NCBI GenBank assembly: GCA_028865725.1
Contig: JAGWJP010000001.1
Location: 294,568-358,567, forward strand
From: Patescibacteria group bacterium
Lineage (GTDB): Bacteria; Patescibacteriota; Minisyncoccia; UBA6257; JACRHW01
DNA: 64,000 nt
Direction of reading: 5' to 3'
Part shown: positions 1 to 8,754 of the stretch, piece by piece
Layout: the number at the start of each line of letters is the position of its first letter
Numbering within the stretch: the first letter of the stretch is position 1
Position numbers and translations under genes: made by a program
Notes under the pieces: model-generated
Databases searched by the model: none
What the model saw: the letters and a program-made list of their open reading frames with translations, nothing else
Told to the model about the DNA's origin: nothing

Positions 1-72
1 TTGTTGATCGAGCATCAATCGCACTCAGGTTAAGAAATTGTATAAAGTATTTCGGATTTTTATTACTATTTT

Positions 73-390
73 ATGAGAACCAAGAACATTTCCGGTGGCG
101 TAGCGCATTCGTTGCCGCAAGATTTACGGAACGTTCTGATATCCGATTCGAATGCGTTAGAGGAATGGAATAATCTTACTCCGCTTGCCCGCAATGAATG
201 GATCTGTTGGGTTATGTCCGTCAAACAACCGAAAACGCGCCGAGAACACGTGGATCGAGTCCGTTCGGAATTGAAAGAGGGGATGCGTCGTCCTTGTTGT
301 TGGTATGGTTGTGTGCACCGAAAAGATAAGCTATTGAGTTCTTCGCAAAAATTTATACTTCGCAAAAAATCTAAAGACTATGAAAAATAG
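73..390 (+). CDS. YdeI/OmpD-associated family protein (DUF1801-like)
   Basis: 105-aa ORF. The C-terminal motif WICWVMSVKQPKTRREHVDRVRSELKEG matches the YdeI/OmdA family signature. The opposite-strand ORF 66..365 is judged spurious. Confidence 0.5.
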   Translation: MRTKNISGGVAHSLPQDLRNVLISDSNALEEWNNLTPLARNEWICWVMSVKQPKTRREHVDRVRSELKEGMRRPCCWYGCVHRKDKLLSSSQKFILRKKSKDYEK

Positions 391-658
391 ATTTGCTGTC
401 CCTATAGGTATTATTTTTGTGATTTTAGTTCTTGCTTTTGGAATCGGATATTGGTTGTATCTCCGCAAGGCTCATAGCACGTTTGAGGATTATTATGCGT
501 TTCGCGGATGTACGGAACTCATCAGTACTACCACTGATTCAGGAACATGCCGAACCAGTAACGGTAAGATTCTTACGATTGCCGCCTATCATGGAAAGTG
601 GTACCTTGACGGTGATTTTCCGTGGGTATGTTTCGCAAAAACTTGTTTTGGCATATGA
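380..658 (+). CDS. hypothetical small membrane-anchored protein
   Basis: 92-aa ORF with one N-terminal TM helix (IGIIFVILVLAFGIGYWLYL). No recognisable domain. Confidence 0.3.
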   Translation: MKNRFAVPIGIIFVILVLAFGIGYWLYLRKAHSTFEDYYAFRGCTELISTTTDSGTCRTSNGKILTIAAYHGKWYLDGDFPWVCFAKTCFGI

Positions 659-705
659 CAATGGGCTTTGGTTTTAGAGTAGTCTTTTAGAAATTTATCA
701 TTTAT

Positions 706-1344
706 TTGAGATACACATCTTATATTATGAGCTATCATATCTTAGCGAACAAAGAGGCAGTAGAAAAAACAATCCGTGGTTTGGCTGATCGCGGCATGGA
801 GGGTATTGCGGTTGACGCGCGCGCGGAGGCGCTCGCACACATTATCTCATGGATTCCGAAAGGAGCATCAGTGATGAACGGAGCTTCGCGTACACTGGAA
901 GAGATTGGTTTTGTGGATTACTTAAAAACCGGAACGCATGGGTGGAATAACGTACACGCTCACATTCTTGCCGAGCAAGATCCTATGAGGCAAGCATTAC
1001 TTCGCAAGCAAGCAGTACTTTCTGATTATTATCTTGGAAGCGTGCATGCGATTACTGAGGACGGGGAGCTCGTGATTGCTTCGAACTCCGGCAGTCAATT
1101 GCCTCATATTGCCTTTACTTCGCCGAATTTGATTTTTGTTGTGGGTACGCAAAAAATAACTTCTCATCTTGAGGACGCGATGAAACGGGTTCGGGAGTAT
1201 GTTCTTCCTCTTGAGGATCAGCGGATGAAAAGCGTGGGAATGGGCGGGAGTGCAATTTCTAAACTTCTCATTGTGGAACGGGAACAGCCATTTATGAAGA
1301 GAACGGTTCGTATTATTCTGGTCAACGAAGTACTCGGGTTTTAA
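706..1344 (+). CDS. LUD-domain protein (LutC/YkgG-like)
   Basis: 212 aa. The sequence EGIAVDARAEALAHIISWIPKGASVMNGASRTLEEIGFVDYL is typical of the LutC/YkgG LUD fold. The true start may be the internal Met at about 727. Confidence 0.5.
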   Translation: MRYTSYIMSYHILANKEAVEKTIRGLADRGMEGIAVDARAEALAHIISWIPKGASVMNGASRTLEEIGFVDYLKTGTHGWNNVHAHILAEQDPMRQALLRKQAVLSDYYLGSVHAITEDGELVIASNSGSQLPHIAFTSPNLIFVVGTQKITSHLEDAMKRVREYVLPLEDQRMKSVGMGGSAISKLLIVEREQPFMKRTVRIILVNEVLGF

Positions 1345-1364
1345 AATTTTTTCCTACTGATTAT

Positions 1365-1952
1365 ATGAATACAAAAGTTTCTGGAGTGCTCATATGTGTC
1401 ATTGTGCTTGCTGTGTTTATTACCGGAGCGCTCGTATACCCCTCTCTAGGAGATTTCCGACTTGCATTTGGTCTCCCTATCACATTATTGATGTTGTGGG
1501 GTTTATGGGCGCTTTTGCCCGCGATCGATCCTATTGCAAAAGGATTTCCCGGCTTTCGGTATGTGTATGACCTGTTTTGGATTTTGCTTTCCTCGTTTCT
1601 CGCGTATTCGTACGCTCTAAAACTAAGCAAGGCATTGGGTGTGCTGCAAATTGATGTGCTTCGTGCTACGCTTCCCGCACTCGCCGCGCTGTTCTTTGTG
1701 ATAAGCATGCTGTTGCCGATGCTTCGACGCAATTGGTTTTTTGGCATTCGTACGCCATGGACCCTTTCTTCTGATGAAGATTGGATGAAGACGCATCAAT
1801 TTGCTCGTCCGCTTTTCGGTATCGCGAGCCTGCTCATTTTTATCGGTACTTTCATGCCACGGATATGGGGTATCGGACTTCTCGTTGGACCTATTTTTCT
1901 TGCTATTATGGCAAGCGCCATCTATTCTTATATTATATTTCCTCGTAAATAG
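1365..1952 (+). CDS. SdpI/YhfL-family membrane protein
   Basis: 195-aa polytopic membrane protein. It carries the SdpI signature RNWFFGIRTPWTLSSDEDW. Confidence 0.55.
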   Translation: MNTKVSGVLICVIVLAVFITGALVYPSLGDFRLAFGLPITLLMLWGLWALLPAIDPIAKGFPGFRYVYDLFWILLSSFLAYSYALKLSKALGVLQIDVLRATLPALAALFFVISMLLPMLRRNWFFGIRTPWTLSSDEDWMKTHQFARPLFGIASLLIFIGTFMPRIWGIGLLVGPIFLAIMASAIYSYIIFPRK

Positions 1953-2038
1953 AGCAGAAGGGCCGGAGTATTTTGTGAGTTACCCAATACCACGGCGCAA
2001 GACCGCGGTATTCTTATTTTTCGTTTTTTGATGCGTGA

Positions 2039-3847
2039 TTAGTGGATCAGGGAGTGTGTGATGAGCTCAAAGAGAAACGCAAACGGAGATTGTCTATACA
2101 GTGAAGCTTGTGGAGAAGGTTGAGACGCGGGAGTGTTCTGCGGCATCATCGTCTGTGGCATTTGTGGAGTATTTTCTGGAGTAGGCAGGGGAGGGGCGGA
2201 GAGTGTTCCGGGTAGGGCATTTTCTTCTCCCCCTTGCGGTGACATTATATTTTGAGGAGGCATTTGTATATTTGTATTTTGGGGAGGGAATGATCCTTGC
2301 TGTTCTTGATTCGTATAGGGCGTCTCCGATGGTTGGTTTCCTTGCGGTCCTCCTTGTGGCATAAATTGCTGATTTCCTTCTTGCGGGGGCATCGAGCCTT
2401 GTTGTTGAGGATAATGTTCCTGAGGTATCATTCCATCTTGTGAGGGCATAGTATTCCGGTTTAGCTGGTTTGGCATTCTGTTTCCATTTTGATCACTATT
2501 TCCATGGAAGGGAGGGATCATCGTCTGCTGCTGACCGCTATGCGGCATTTCTTGTGGTCCGTTCATTCTTTGCTGTTGAGGACCATTCATGAAGGGCGTG
2601 TTCGATCCGCCAGATTCTTGTTGATGCGCGTTTTGCTGCGGCATTTGTGGAAAGCATTGGCTCATTTTTTTGCCGATATCCGATGATGGCATAATACTTC
2701 CACTTTGTAATTTTTGAAGTGTGTCTGCCCCGATAGTATTGTTCAAACACGTAAGTACGTCAGGAGGAATGTTTTGCAGCGATTTTTGCATCTGTCCCTG
2801 CTGGCTTTGCATATTCTGAAGATCTTGTTGCGAAATCAGGCCATTATCTTTCGCAAAGTTGAAACATGCTTCCTGATTGTTCGGATCTTTACAGAAGGCA
2901 TCGCATGATTCTTTTGATGTGCATCCGCCAGGGCCTTTTCCCCCCGTTTTTTTTGCGATGGCGGCATCTTCCGGTGTCATAAAGCCCGCGGCGACCGCGA
3001 AATTTGTGCATTCATCAAAATGTGCAGGTTCGGCGCAGTAGGCATCGCACGCGTCTTTTCCTTTGCAATTCGGCGGTGTTACTCCTTTTTGAAGCGCGGT
3101 GAGCACTCCTTGTGAATTTTTTTCTTCTTCCGGAGTCATGAGGCCTGCCTGTTTTGCAAACGTGATGCAGGTCGCCATGTGGGCAGGTTCGGCGCAGTAA
3201 GCATCGCACGCATCTTTACCGTTACAAGGCGGCGGCGTAGCTCCGGCGTCAATAGCAGCTACCATTTTCTTTGCATTTTCCAGATCCTGCCCCCTAAGAA
3301 ATCCTGCTGCTTCCCCGAACGCTACGCACACATGCATATGTGCCGGTTCGCTGCAGTAGGTGTCACATTCTTCTTTGTTCTTGCAAGGCGGAGGTTGCAC
3401 CCCTTTTGCAAGCGCAGATTGTATCTGTTCTGCCTGTTGCAGTTTATCAGGCGGCAGGATTCCTGTTTTCTTTGCAAATGCGACGCACTCGTTGATATGC
3501 CCAATATCATTGCAATACGCTTCACACGATTGCTGATCGGTGCACCCTCCCGGTCCCTGGGTGTCTGCGGCAATAAACTTTTTTGCGATGGCCACGTCGT
3601 TCGGAGACATCAGATTATGTTGTTCTGCAAAATCAAGACATGCTTGCACGTGGGAAGCATCATCGCAATATGTTTTGCAATCCGACTTGCTTGAGCAGTT
3701 GCCTAGGGCGGAAACAGGATAGCTGATGGTGGCGGGCGATGTAACTGGTGCAGTGCTCGTGCTTTGTGCATGAATGTGCCGCGCAGGAATCAAGACAAAA
3801 GCTGTTGCGAGACTTAAAAAAACGAATGAGAAAAGAACACGTTTCAT
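2039..3847 (-). CDS. secreted cysteine-repeat protein with Met/Gln/Pro-rich low-complexity C-terminal tail
   Basis: 602 aa with an N-terminal signal peptide (MKRVLFSFVFLSLATAFVLIPARHIHA). It has six or seven tandem ~50-aa repeats of the pattern C-x4-6-C-x3-C-x4-H-x3-C-x2-FA, for example CKGKDACDAYCAEPAHFDECTNFA. The last ~230 aa are Q/P/M/N-rich with repeated MPPQ/MPQ motifs. Confidence 0.6.
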   Translation of the reverse strand: MKRVLFSFVFLSLATAFVLIPARHIHAQSTSTAPVTSPATISYPVSALGNCSSKSDCKTYCDDASHVQACLDFAEQHNLMSPNDVAIAKKFIAADTQGPGGCTDQQSCEAYCNDIGHINECVAFAKKTGILPPDKLQQAEQIQSALAKGVQPPPCKNKEECDTYCSEPAHMHVCVAFGEAAGFLRGQDLENAKKMVAAIDAGATPPPCNGKDACDAYCAEPAHMATCITFAKQAGLMTPEEEKNSQGVLTALQKGVTPPNCKGKDACDAYCAEPAHFDECTNFAVAAGFMTPEDAAIAKKTGGKGPGGCTSKESCDAFCKDPNNQEACFNFAKDNGLISQQDLQNMQSQQGQMQKSLQNIPPDVLTCLNNTIGADTLQKLQSGSIMPSSDIGKKMSQCFPQMPQQNAHQQESGGSNTPFMNGPQQQRMNGPQEMPHSGQQQTMIPPFHGNSDQNGNRMPNQLNRNTMPSQDGMIPQEHYPQQQGSMPPQEGNQQFMPQGGPQGNQPSETPYTNQEQQGSFPPQNTNIQMPPQNIMSPQGGEENALPGTLSAPPLPTPENTPQMPQTMMPQNTPASQPSPQASLYRQSPFAFLFELITHSLIH

Positions 3848-3848
3848 A

Positions 3849-4121
3849 TTATTTGAATGGGTTTGTTTTTATGGTTGTGAAAGGATTCGCTGTTTGAATA
3901 GGGTTGAGGTTCGGTTGATTTTGAAGGGGGGTGAGGGAGTTATTGAGAGAAGGAAGCACGCCCTGCGTAACACTTGAAGCAACTGTTTGTTCAAGCCCCG
4001 AAGAAGCGGGAGGAGGTGTTAGTTTTTTGTTTGATTTATATTTCCAAAAGATAAATCCCCCTACGATGAACACTATAATAGCGATGAACACTAAAAAAAT
4101 ATTATTATGTTTGGTAGACAT
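3849..4121 (-). CDS. small membrane-anchored protein, translationally coupled to the Cys-repeat protein
   Basis: 90 aa with an N-terminal TM helix (IFLVFIAIIVFIVGGFIFW). Its stop lies 1 nt before the downstream start at 3847. The C-terminal half is Pro/Asn/Thr-rich. Confidence 0.4.
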   Translation of the reverse strand: MSTKHNNIFLVFIAIIVFIVGGFIFWKYKSNKKLTPPPASSGLEQTVASSVTQGVLPSLNNSLTPLQNQPNLNPIQTANPFTTIKTNPFK

Positions 4122-4256
4122 AGTATTGCTAGTATACCTAATAGTATATCATATTTTCATATAGTAAGATATGAACCCCGCTGTTTTTTGCATAGTATGA
4201 ATATTTGTGTTTTAATAAATTCGGGGCGTTGAAAATTGAAAGAGGAGGAACAAAAC

Positions 4257-4820
4257 ATGCGAAGTACTGCTTTGGTACTCGTGGATCTGCAGAATGATTT
4301 TTTTCCGGGTGGTGCATTGGGGGTCTCGCGTGCTCATGAGATAATCGATCCTGTGAATACGATGATTGCATGGGCGGTTACGATGAATCTTCAGATTTAT
4401 GTTTCCCGAGATTGGCATCAGCCAGAAACGCCGCATTTTAAAAAGTGGCCGGTGCACTGTGTGCAAGGTACTGAGGGAGCAAAGTTCCATCCAGAAGTCC
4501 ATATCCCCACCGAATATCCGCGACTTGTCATTATCTCGAAGGGTTTGGGTAATGCAGACGGATATTCTGCGTTTGAGAGTGATATGAGTCCTGGCGTTTT
4601 ACGACTTTTAGTGTGCGGACTTGCGACAGACTATTGCGTGTTGTCAACGGTTCGTGATGCATGTGAACGTGGATATGAAGTCGTTCTGCTTTCTGACGCA
4701 TGCCGTGCGGTGAATCAACATCCTGGCGACGGGGATCGTGCGCTTCAGGAGATGCGTAATAGGGGGGCGCATGTGATGAGCACGGGAGAGTTTCTTCGTA
4801 GTTTGGATGAAGAGGAATAG
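4257..4820 (+). CDS. pncA: nicotinamidase / isochorismatase-family hydrolase
   Basis: ALVLVDLQNDF at the N-terminus, a conserved Lys, and CGLATDYCV holding the catalytic Cys. GGAGGA lies 8 nt before the ATG at 4257; the ORF track's start at 4236 is probably too long. Confidence 0.7.
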   Translation: MRSTALVLVDLQNDFFPGGALGVSRAHEIIDPVNTMIAWAVTMNLQIYVSRDWHQPETPHFKKWPVHCVQGTEGAKFHPEVHIPTEYPRLVIISKGLGNADGYSAFESDMSPGVLRLLVCGLATDYCVLSTVRDACERGYEVVLLSDACRAVNQHPGDGDRALQEMRNRGAHVMSTGEFLRSLDEEE

Positions 4821-4822
4821 TG

Positions 4823-4895
4823 TTAAGACTTACGCTGGCTAGCGTAAGTCTTAAGTTTGTAATTCTAAAAACCATGTCGTGAACATGGTTTTTTC
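4823..4895 (+). terminator. tandem rho-independent terminator hairpins after pncA
   Basis: First hairpin: TTAAGACTTACGCT-GGCT-AGCGTAAGTCTTAA, a perfect 14-bp stem. Second hairpin: AAAAACCATG-TCGTGAA-CATGGTTTTTT with a T-tract. Confidence 0.6.
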
Positions 4896-4975
4896 TTGTC
4901 CGACAGATGATGTGAAACATATCTATGAGTCACTGGTATATGTTATAGTGAGATGAAAGATGATGCGAACATAAT

Positions 4976-5752
4976 ATGGTTATGAGAACGATGCTTGATA
5001 TTCTTGTACTCGTGGTGCTCAATTGCATCGCAGTTTTTGTTTCGGTTGTATGGCATACAGAATTTTTGACATCTACGTTTTTATTCCTGGGCATCCCTTC
5101 TCTTTACCTTATTCTTAGAGAGCGGCGCATAAGGCTCAATGTGGTCGGAGCAGCACTTATTGTGGGGTTGTTATTTTGTTTTGTCTTTGATTTTATCGCT
5201 GAATTTAACAAAGCTTGGGGGTGGAATGGGGGGCTTTTGTGGGGAAGGATTTTTGGTGTAGTACAGATCGACGTGATGGTGTGGTTTGTTTTGTGGCTAC
5301 TTCAGATCTTTCTTTTTTATGAGCATTTCATCGATCGTACCCGTCTTGTCTTATATAAAAGCGAACAACAATTAAAAATGTTCATTGCGGGCGTGTTAAG
5401 TGTTTTTTTACTTCTTGTGATCTACACCCCGTCTCCCTCCTTACTCTATATTTCCAAGGCCTACTTTGTACTTTGTCTTTTTGTTCTGATCCCTTTCTTT
5501 ATTATTTGTGTAAAAAAACCGAAGATAGTGCGGCGCACCCTGCTGATTATTCCCTATTTCTTTTTTGTCTATATCACTCATGAAATTACAGCATTGCAGC
5601 TGCATCAGTGGAATTTTCCAGGTGATTATCTTGGATGGATTCAAGTAATGGGGGTGCGTTTTCCTGTTGAGGAGTTTGTGTTTTGGATTATCTTGAGCAG
5701 TCTCGTGGGCGCAACCTATTATGAGTTTTATTTCGATAATCAAAAAAACTAG
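4976..5752 (+). CDS. polytopic membrane protein (possible lycopene-cyclase-domain-like motif)
   Basis: 258 aa with about 7 predicted TM segments. The C-terminal PVEEFVFW resembles the PxEE motif of CrtYcd-type domains, but the assignment is tentative. Confidence 0.35.
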   Translation: MVMRTMLDILVLVVLNCIAVFVSVVWHTEFLTSTFLFLGIPSLYLILRERRIRLNVVGAALIVGLLFCFVFDFIAEFNKAWGWNGGLLWGRIFGVVQIDVMVWFVLWLLQIFLFYEHFIDRTRLVLYKSEQQLKMFIAGVLSVFLLLVIYTPSPSLLYISKAYFVLCLFVLIPFFIICVKKPKIVRRTLLIIPYFFFVYITHEITALQLHQWNFPGDYLGWIQVMGVRFPVEEFVFWIILSSLVGATYYEFYFDNQKN

Positions 5753-5814
5753 ATTGGTGTTTAGATTTTCGTTTGGATTTCGACAGGAGAGTGGCGAGAA
5801 CAATATTATCTGAA

Positions 5815-5860
5815 AAAATAACCCGCAACATCCAAATTCGGGTGTTGCGGGTTTGAGAGA
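5815..5860. terminator. hairpin between convergent genes
   Basis: ACCCGCAACA-TCCAAATTCGGG-TGTTGCGGGT forms a 10-bp stem flanked by A/T runs. It lies between 4976..5752(+) and 5915..7432(-). Confidence 0.5.
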
Positions 5861-5914
5861 GATACTTCTGATTTTTTTAAAAAGGTTGCAGCGTATAAGA
5901 GAGTGTTCCAAAGA

Positions 5915-7432
5915 TTAGGCAAATCCAGGAAAAAAATCTACTTTAATCTGGCGGCGCGGTACTCCCATTTGGTTCAGTATCGCCTCAAATGCAATAACCA
6001 TGGTACGAGGACCCGAGATATAGAAGGTGCATTCACAATAGTCAGGTATCTCTTTTGCAATGATCTCCGCACTGATCGATCGTGTGTAGATACCCGGAAT
6101 CGGACCTTGTTCTGCGGTTACGCTATATACTGTTTTGATTCCTAATTGTTCCCACGCTTCATCAAGGATGGGTTTATAGGCGATATCGGCCACTTTTTTG
6201 TTTGCGTAGAAAAGCGTAATGGGCCTGTGTTCCTGCATATCGATGAGGTATTTGAGCATACTGCGGAATGGAGTAATCCCAATCCCTCCCGCAATGAATA
6301 CCAGTTTTTGCGCCGGGTCGCGCGGAAGCGTAAATTCTCCTGCCAGTTGTGATGCAGTAATGGTGTCTCCTTGTTTCATCGCTGCGAGAGCGCGTTTAAA
6401 ACTGCTTCCCTGCGGATAGAATTTTACCCCTAGACGAATTTCTTGTTCTGTGGGAGAAGAGGCGATCGTGAAGTAACGGCGATTGCCGCGATCATCGGGG
6501 GACGCGTGACTGAGCGTCCACTCGAGATATTGCCCCGGGCGAAAAGAGAATGTGTGATCAGGGCGGAAGATAAAATCATACATGTCGGTTCCTATTTGTT
6601 CTACTGCGCGCAGAGAAAGAAGTAGACGTTCTTTTGGGCTTACTGCATAAGAAAAGATATTACCTGCGAGTAAGGCCAGTTCAGGCGTAAAATAAAATGA
6701 GCCAATGTGTGCAGCGGGCACGAACAAGGCGCCGACAATGGCACCGTAGAGAATGCGCATGGTACGCCCGGGAGGTGTCGTCAATGGTTCTGTGAGCATC
6801 ACAAAAGAAAAAAAGAAGAGTGATGAATGAAGGAGTGTCTGAAGTATTGGATTCAGGATTATTTTCGATGATGACGTGACTATACTTATTCCTAAGGCTA
6901 CTATAATGGCACTAAGAACAAGATCGGTTTTTTGTATTTTACGTACGACGAGAATGCCCCCCAGCACTACAAGCGGAAGAAGAGGAAGATTTCCTCCTAC
7001 CCACCATGTCGCTGATTGATTGATAGCTATTGCGGAGAGCGCTACTGCAAATGCGGCAGGGTTGAAGATGTGTTTTTTTCTGATCGCACAAAGATATTTG
7101 CATGCCATAGACCAGCTTCCCGCAAATATTAAAAATCCCAACCCTGCGGAATTTTGTGCGGTTACAGGAGAGATAATGAGTGCGAGAATGAATGCGGTAA
7201 TATAGACTGATTCTGCATTCTCCTGCGCATGAAAGACGTGAGCAAATACGCGATTTGTTATCCAAGTCACCACGAGAAGGACGATTGTGGAAAAGACGAT
7301 TGCCGTGGGATCATAGGGGAGCACTCCTAGCATGCTGAACAACGTCGCTGCGCCAAGGAGTGCGATAAGATAGTACAGTACCAAGCGATACATGGTGATC
7401 CTGTTAAGTGCGGTATCAATAAATGCGAACAT
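5915..7432 (-). CDS. RnfD/NqrB-like polytopic membrane domain fused to FNR-like FAD/NAD(P)H-binding oxidoreductase domain
   Basis: 505 aa. The N-terminal ~280 aa are multi-TM with FNPAAFA and MLTEPLTTP motifs, similar to the RnfD/NqrB TDP-region. The C-terminal ~220 aa carry FNR signatures: RRYFTIASSP (the RxYS FAD motif), GGIGITPFRSM (the NAD(P) motif) and YISGPRTM. Confidence 0.6.
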   Translation of the reverse strand: MFAFIDTALNRITMYRLVLYYLIALLGAATLFSMLGVLPYDPTAIVFSTIVLLVVTWITNRVFAHVFHAQENAESVYITAFILALIISPVTAQNSAGLGFLIFAGSWSMACKYLCAIRKKHIFNPAAFAVALSAIAINQSATWWVGGNLPLLPLVVLGGILVVRKIQKTDLVLSAIIVALGISIVTSSSKIILNPILQTLLHSSLFFFSFVMLTEPLTTPPGRTMRILYGAIVGALFVPAAHIGSFYFTPELALLAGNIFSYAVSPKERLLLSLRAVEQIGTDMYDFIFRPDHTFSFRPGQYLEWTLSHASPDDRGNRRYFTIASSPTEQEIRLGVKFYPQGSSFKRALAAMKQGDTITASQLAGEFTLPRDPAQKLVFIAGGIGITPFRSMLKYLIDMQEHRPITLFYANKKVADIAYKPILDEAWEQLGIKTVYSVTAEQGPIPGIYTRSISAEIIAKEIPDYCECTFYISGPRTMVIAFEAILNQMGVPRRQIKVDFFPGFA

Positions 7433-7455
7433 GGGTATAATAATTTTTTCCGTTT

Positions 7456-7992
7456 TTAAATTGTGGCAGGTTGGAGCGCGCTTTCTAGTGATTGTTGAAA
7501 TGCCATACTGGTATCAGTGGCACCTGAAACGATATTGACATGTGCATTTTGTGCCTGAATGGCTTCACGTTGCAAGAGAGGCATCGCCTGACTGTTAATG
7601 TAGCGTGATGTGCTTCTGTCATTCGGGTATTGCAGGAATGTGACATTAGTAATTACGCCGTTTTTTATTACGGCTTCCACTTGAACCGTCCCGTAATATG
7701 CATCTACCGGATCGCCTCGATAGGTTCCGTCTTTATATTTGCCATGTTGCGAAGAAAGGGTCGGGGCGGCAGGTTTTGCAGGTTCTGAGGCGGGGAGTGA
7801 TGAGGGGAGGGTAGAAACGGGCGTATTCGTCGTTTCAAGCAATTGCGACCCAGAAGAGACGGCAATTTGCTCCTCCGGTTGGGAAAGAAGGTTGTGAAGT
7901 GCGCGTTCCGGGGTGGTCCCTTTCATATTTACATACAAGGCATAGACGAGCGATGCCCCGATAAACCATATCGAGAGAGTAGTTTTTTTCAT
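7456..7992 (-). CDS. exported FMN-binding domain protein (NqrC/RnfG-like) with covalent-flavinylation motif
   Basis: 178 aa with an N-terminal signal anchor (LSIWFIGASLVYALYV). The FMN_bind domain ends in NIVSGATDTSMAF, which is the [S/T]GA[T/S] ApbE flavinylation site. It sits 23 bp upstream of the RnfD-FNR fusion on the same strand. Confidence 0.6.
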   Translation of the reverse strand: MKKTTLSIWFIGASLVYALYVNMKGTTPERALHNLLSQPEEQIAVSSGSQLLETTNTPVSTLPSSLPASEPAKPAAPTLSSQHGKYKDGTYRGDPVDAYYGTVQVEAVIKNGVITNVTFLQYPNDRSTSRYINSQAMPLLQREAIQAQNAHVNIVSGATDTSMAFQQSLESALQPATI

Positions 7993-8032
7993 AAGTCTTT
8001 ATTTGTTACTACACAGGAGGTGGATATTTATT

Positions 8033-8746
8033 TCATTCGTGGAGATTTGTCACTACATGGATACCATAGGCTTGGATAATCCCATTATTGTTGTCTCCTG
8101 CCACGTAGAGTTTATCGCCTTCATGAAGAGTGGCGACATTAAAAACAGAGGGAAGCATGACAGTCCATGTACCATCATCGGTGTCGCGGTCTGTATCATC
8201 GTGGCTGATCACCACCGTTTTATTTTTAATAGAAATTATTTTTCCGCGGAAGATTCCATGCGTGACATGAGAATCATGAATTTGTTCGTACCACGAGCCA
8301 ATAAGCGGCAACTTATCCTGATCTGCCTTGTCGAGAAGCGCGCGGTGGAGCGATGTGCTGTTAAGTGCGAGGCTTCCTAGGAGGGCGACCATGATGATAA
8401 GGAGAAAGATGGCAAGTAGCGAGGTGCGGTACCCAAATTTAAATAAACGCCAGAGCCATTCCACAAGAAGAACCAGAATGATATCGATTTCAAAAAGCAT
8501 CCAGGGAAAGAGAATTAAAAACGTGATAATACCTGACAGGCCAAAGCCAAGTAAAAACTGTTCCCCACTTTCTTGAAGACTAAAGAGTACAAAGCTCATG
8601 ATGAACATCGTGAGTATAAGGGCGCCCAAAGAAAGAACAGCTACCAAAATAATTTGTGCCGCAAAATAGAGTTTGGGGCGCATGTGTATTTTCTTCTCTT
8701 TAATTTTTTCCAACACACGTGTTGAAATGTCCGTATCGTGAGGCAT
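8033..8746 (-). CDS. membrane protein between the ECF sigma gene and the FMN module (possible anti-sigma or system component)
   Basis: 237 aa with about 4 TM helices, then a C-terminal ~100-aa extracytoplasmic domain rich in Asp/Thr. It lies immediately downstream of the ECF sigma gene, with an 8-bp gap. It has no canonical anti-sigma HxxxCxxC motif. Confidence 0.35.
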   Translation of the reverse strand: MPHDTDISTRVLEKIKEKKIHMRPKLYFAAQIILVAVLSLGALILTMFIMSFVLFSLQESGEQFLLGFGLSGIITFLILFPWMLFEIDIILVLLVEWLWRLFKFGYRTSLLAIFLLIIMVALLGSLALNSTSLHRALLDKADQDKLPLIGSWYEQIHDSHVTHGIFRGKIISIKNKTVVISHDDTDRDTDDGTWTVMLPSVFNVATLHEGDKLYVAGDNNNGIIQAYGIHVVTNLHE

Positions 8747-8754
8747 AGTGTATA

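Noticed and set aside
66-365. 99-aa minus-strand ORF overlapping the YdeI-like gene
   Set aside because: The plus-strand ORF has a recognisable family signature. This one is a low-complexity antisense translation.
1361-1747. 128-aa minus-strand ORF inside the SdpI-like gene
   Set aside because: It is antisense to a coherent polytopic membrane protein. It has no start context or domain.
3179-3694. 171-aa plus-strand ORF inside the Cys-repeat protein gene
   Set aside because: It is antisense to the repeat-bearing secreted protein. Its Cys/Arg-rich composition is an artefact of the repeat DNA.
2039-3847. Considered the Cys-repeat or giant proteins as diversity-generating-retroelement targets
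   Set aside because: No reverse transcriptase or template-repeat candidate is present in the window, so this stays unsupported.
8033-8746. Calling the 237-aa membrane protein a definite anti-sigma factor
   Set aside because: It is positioned like one, but it lacks the N-terminal zinc-binding anti-sigma domain. It was left as a hypothetical membrane protein with a possible anti-sigma role.
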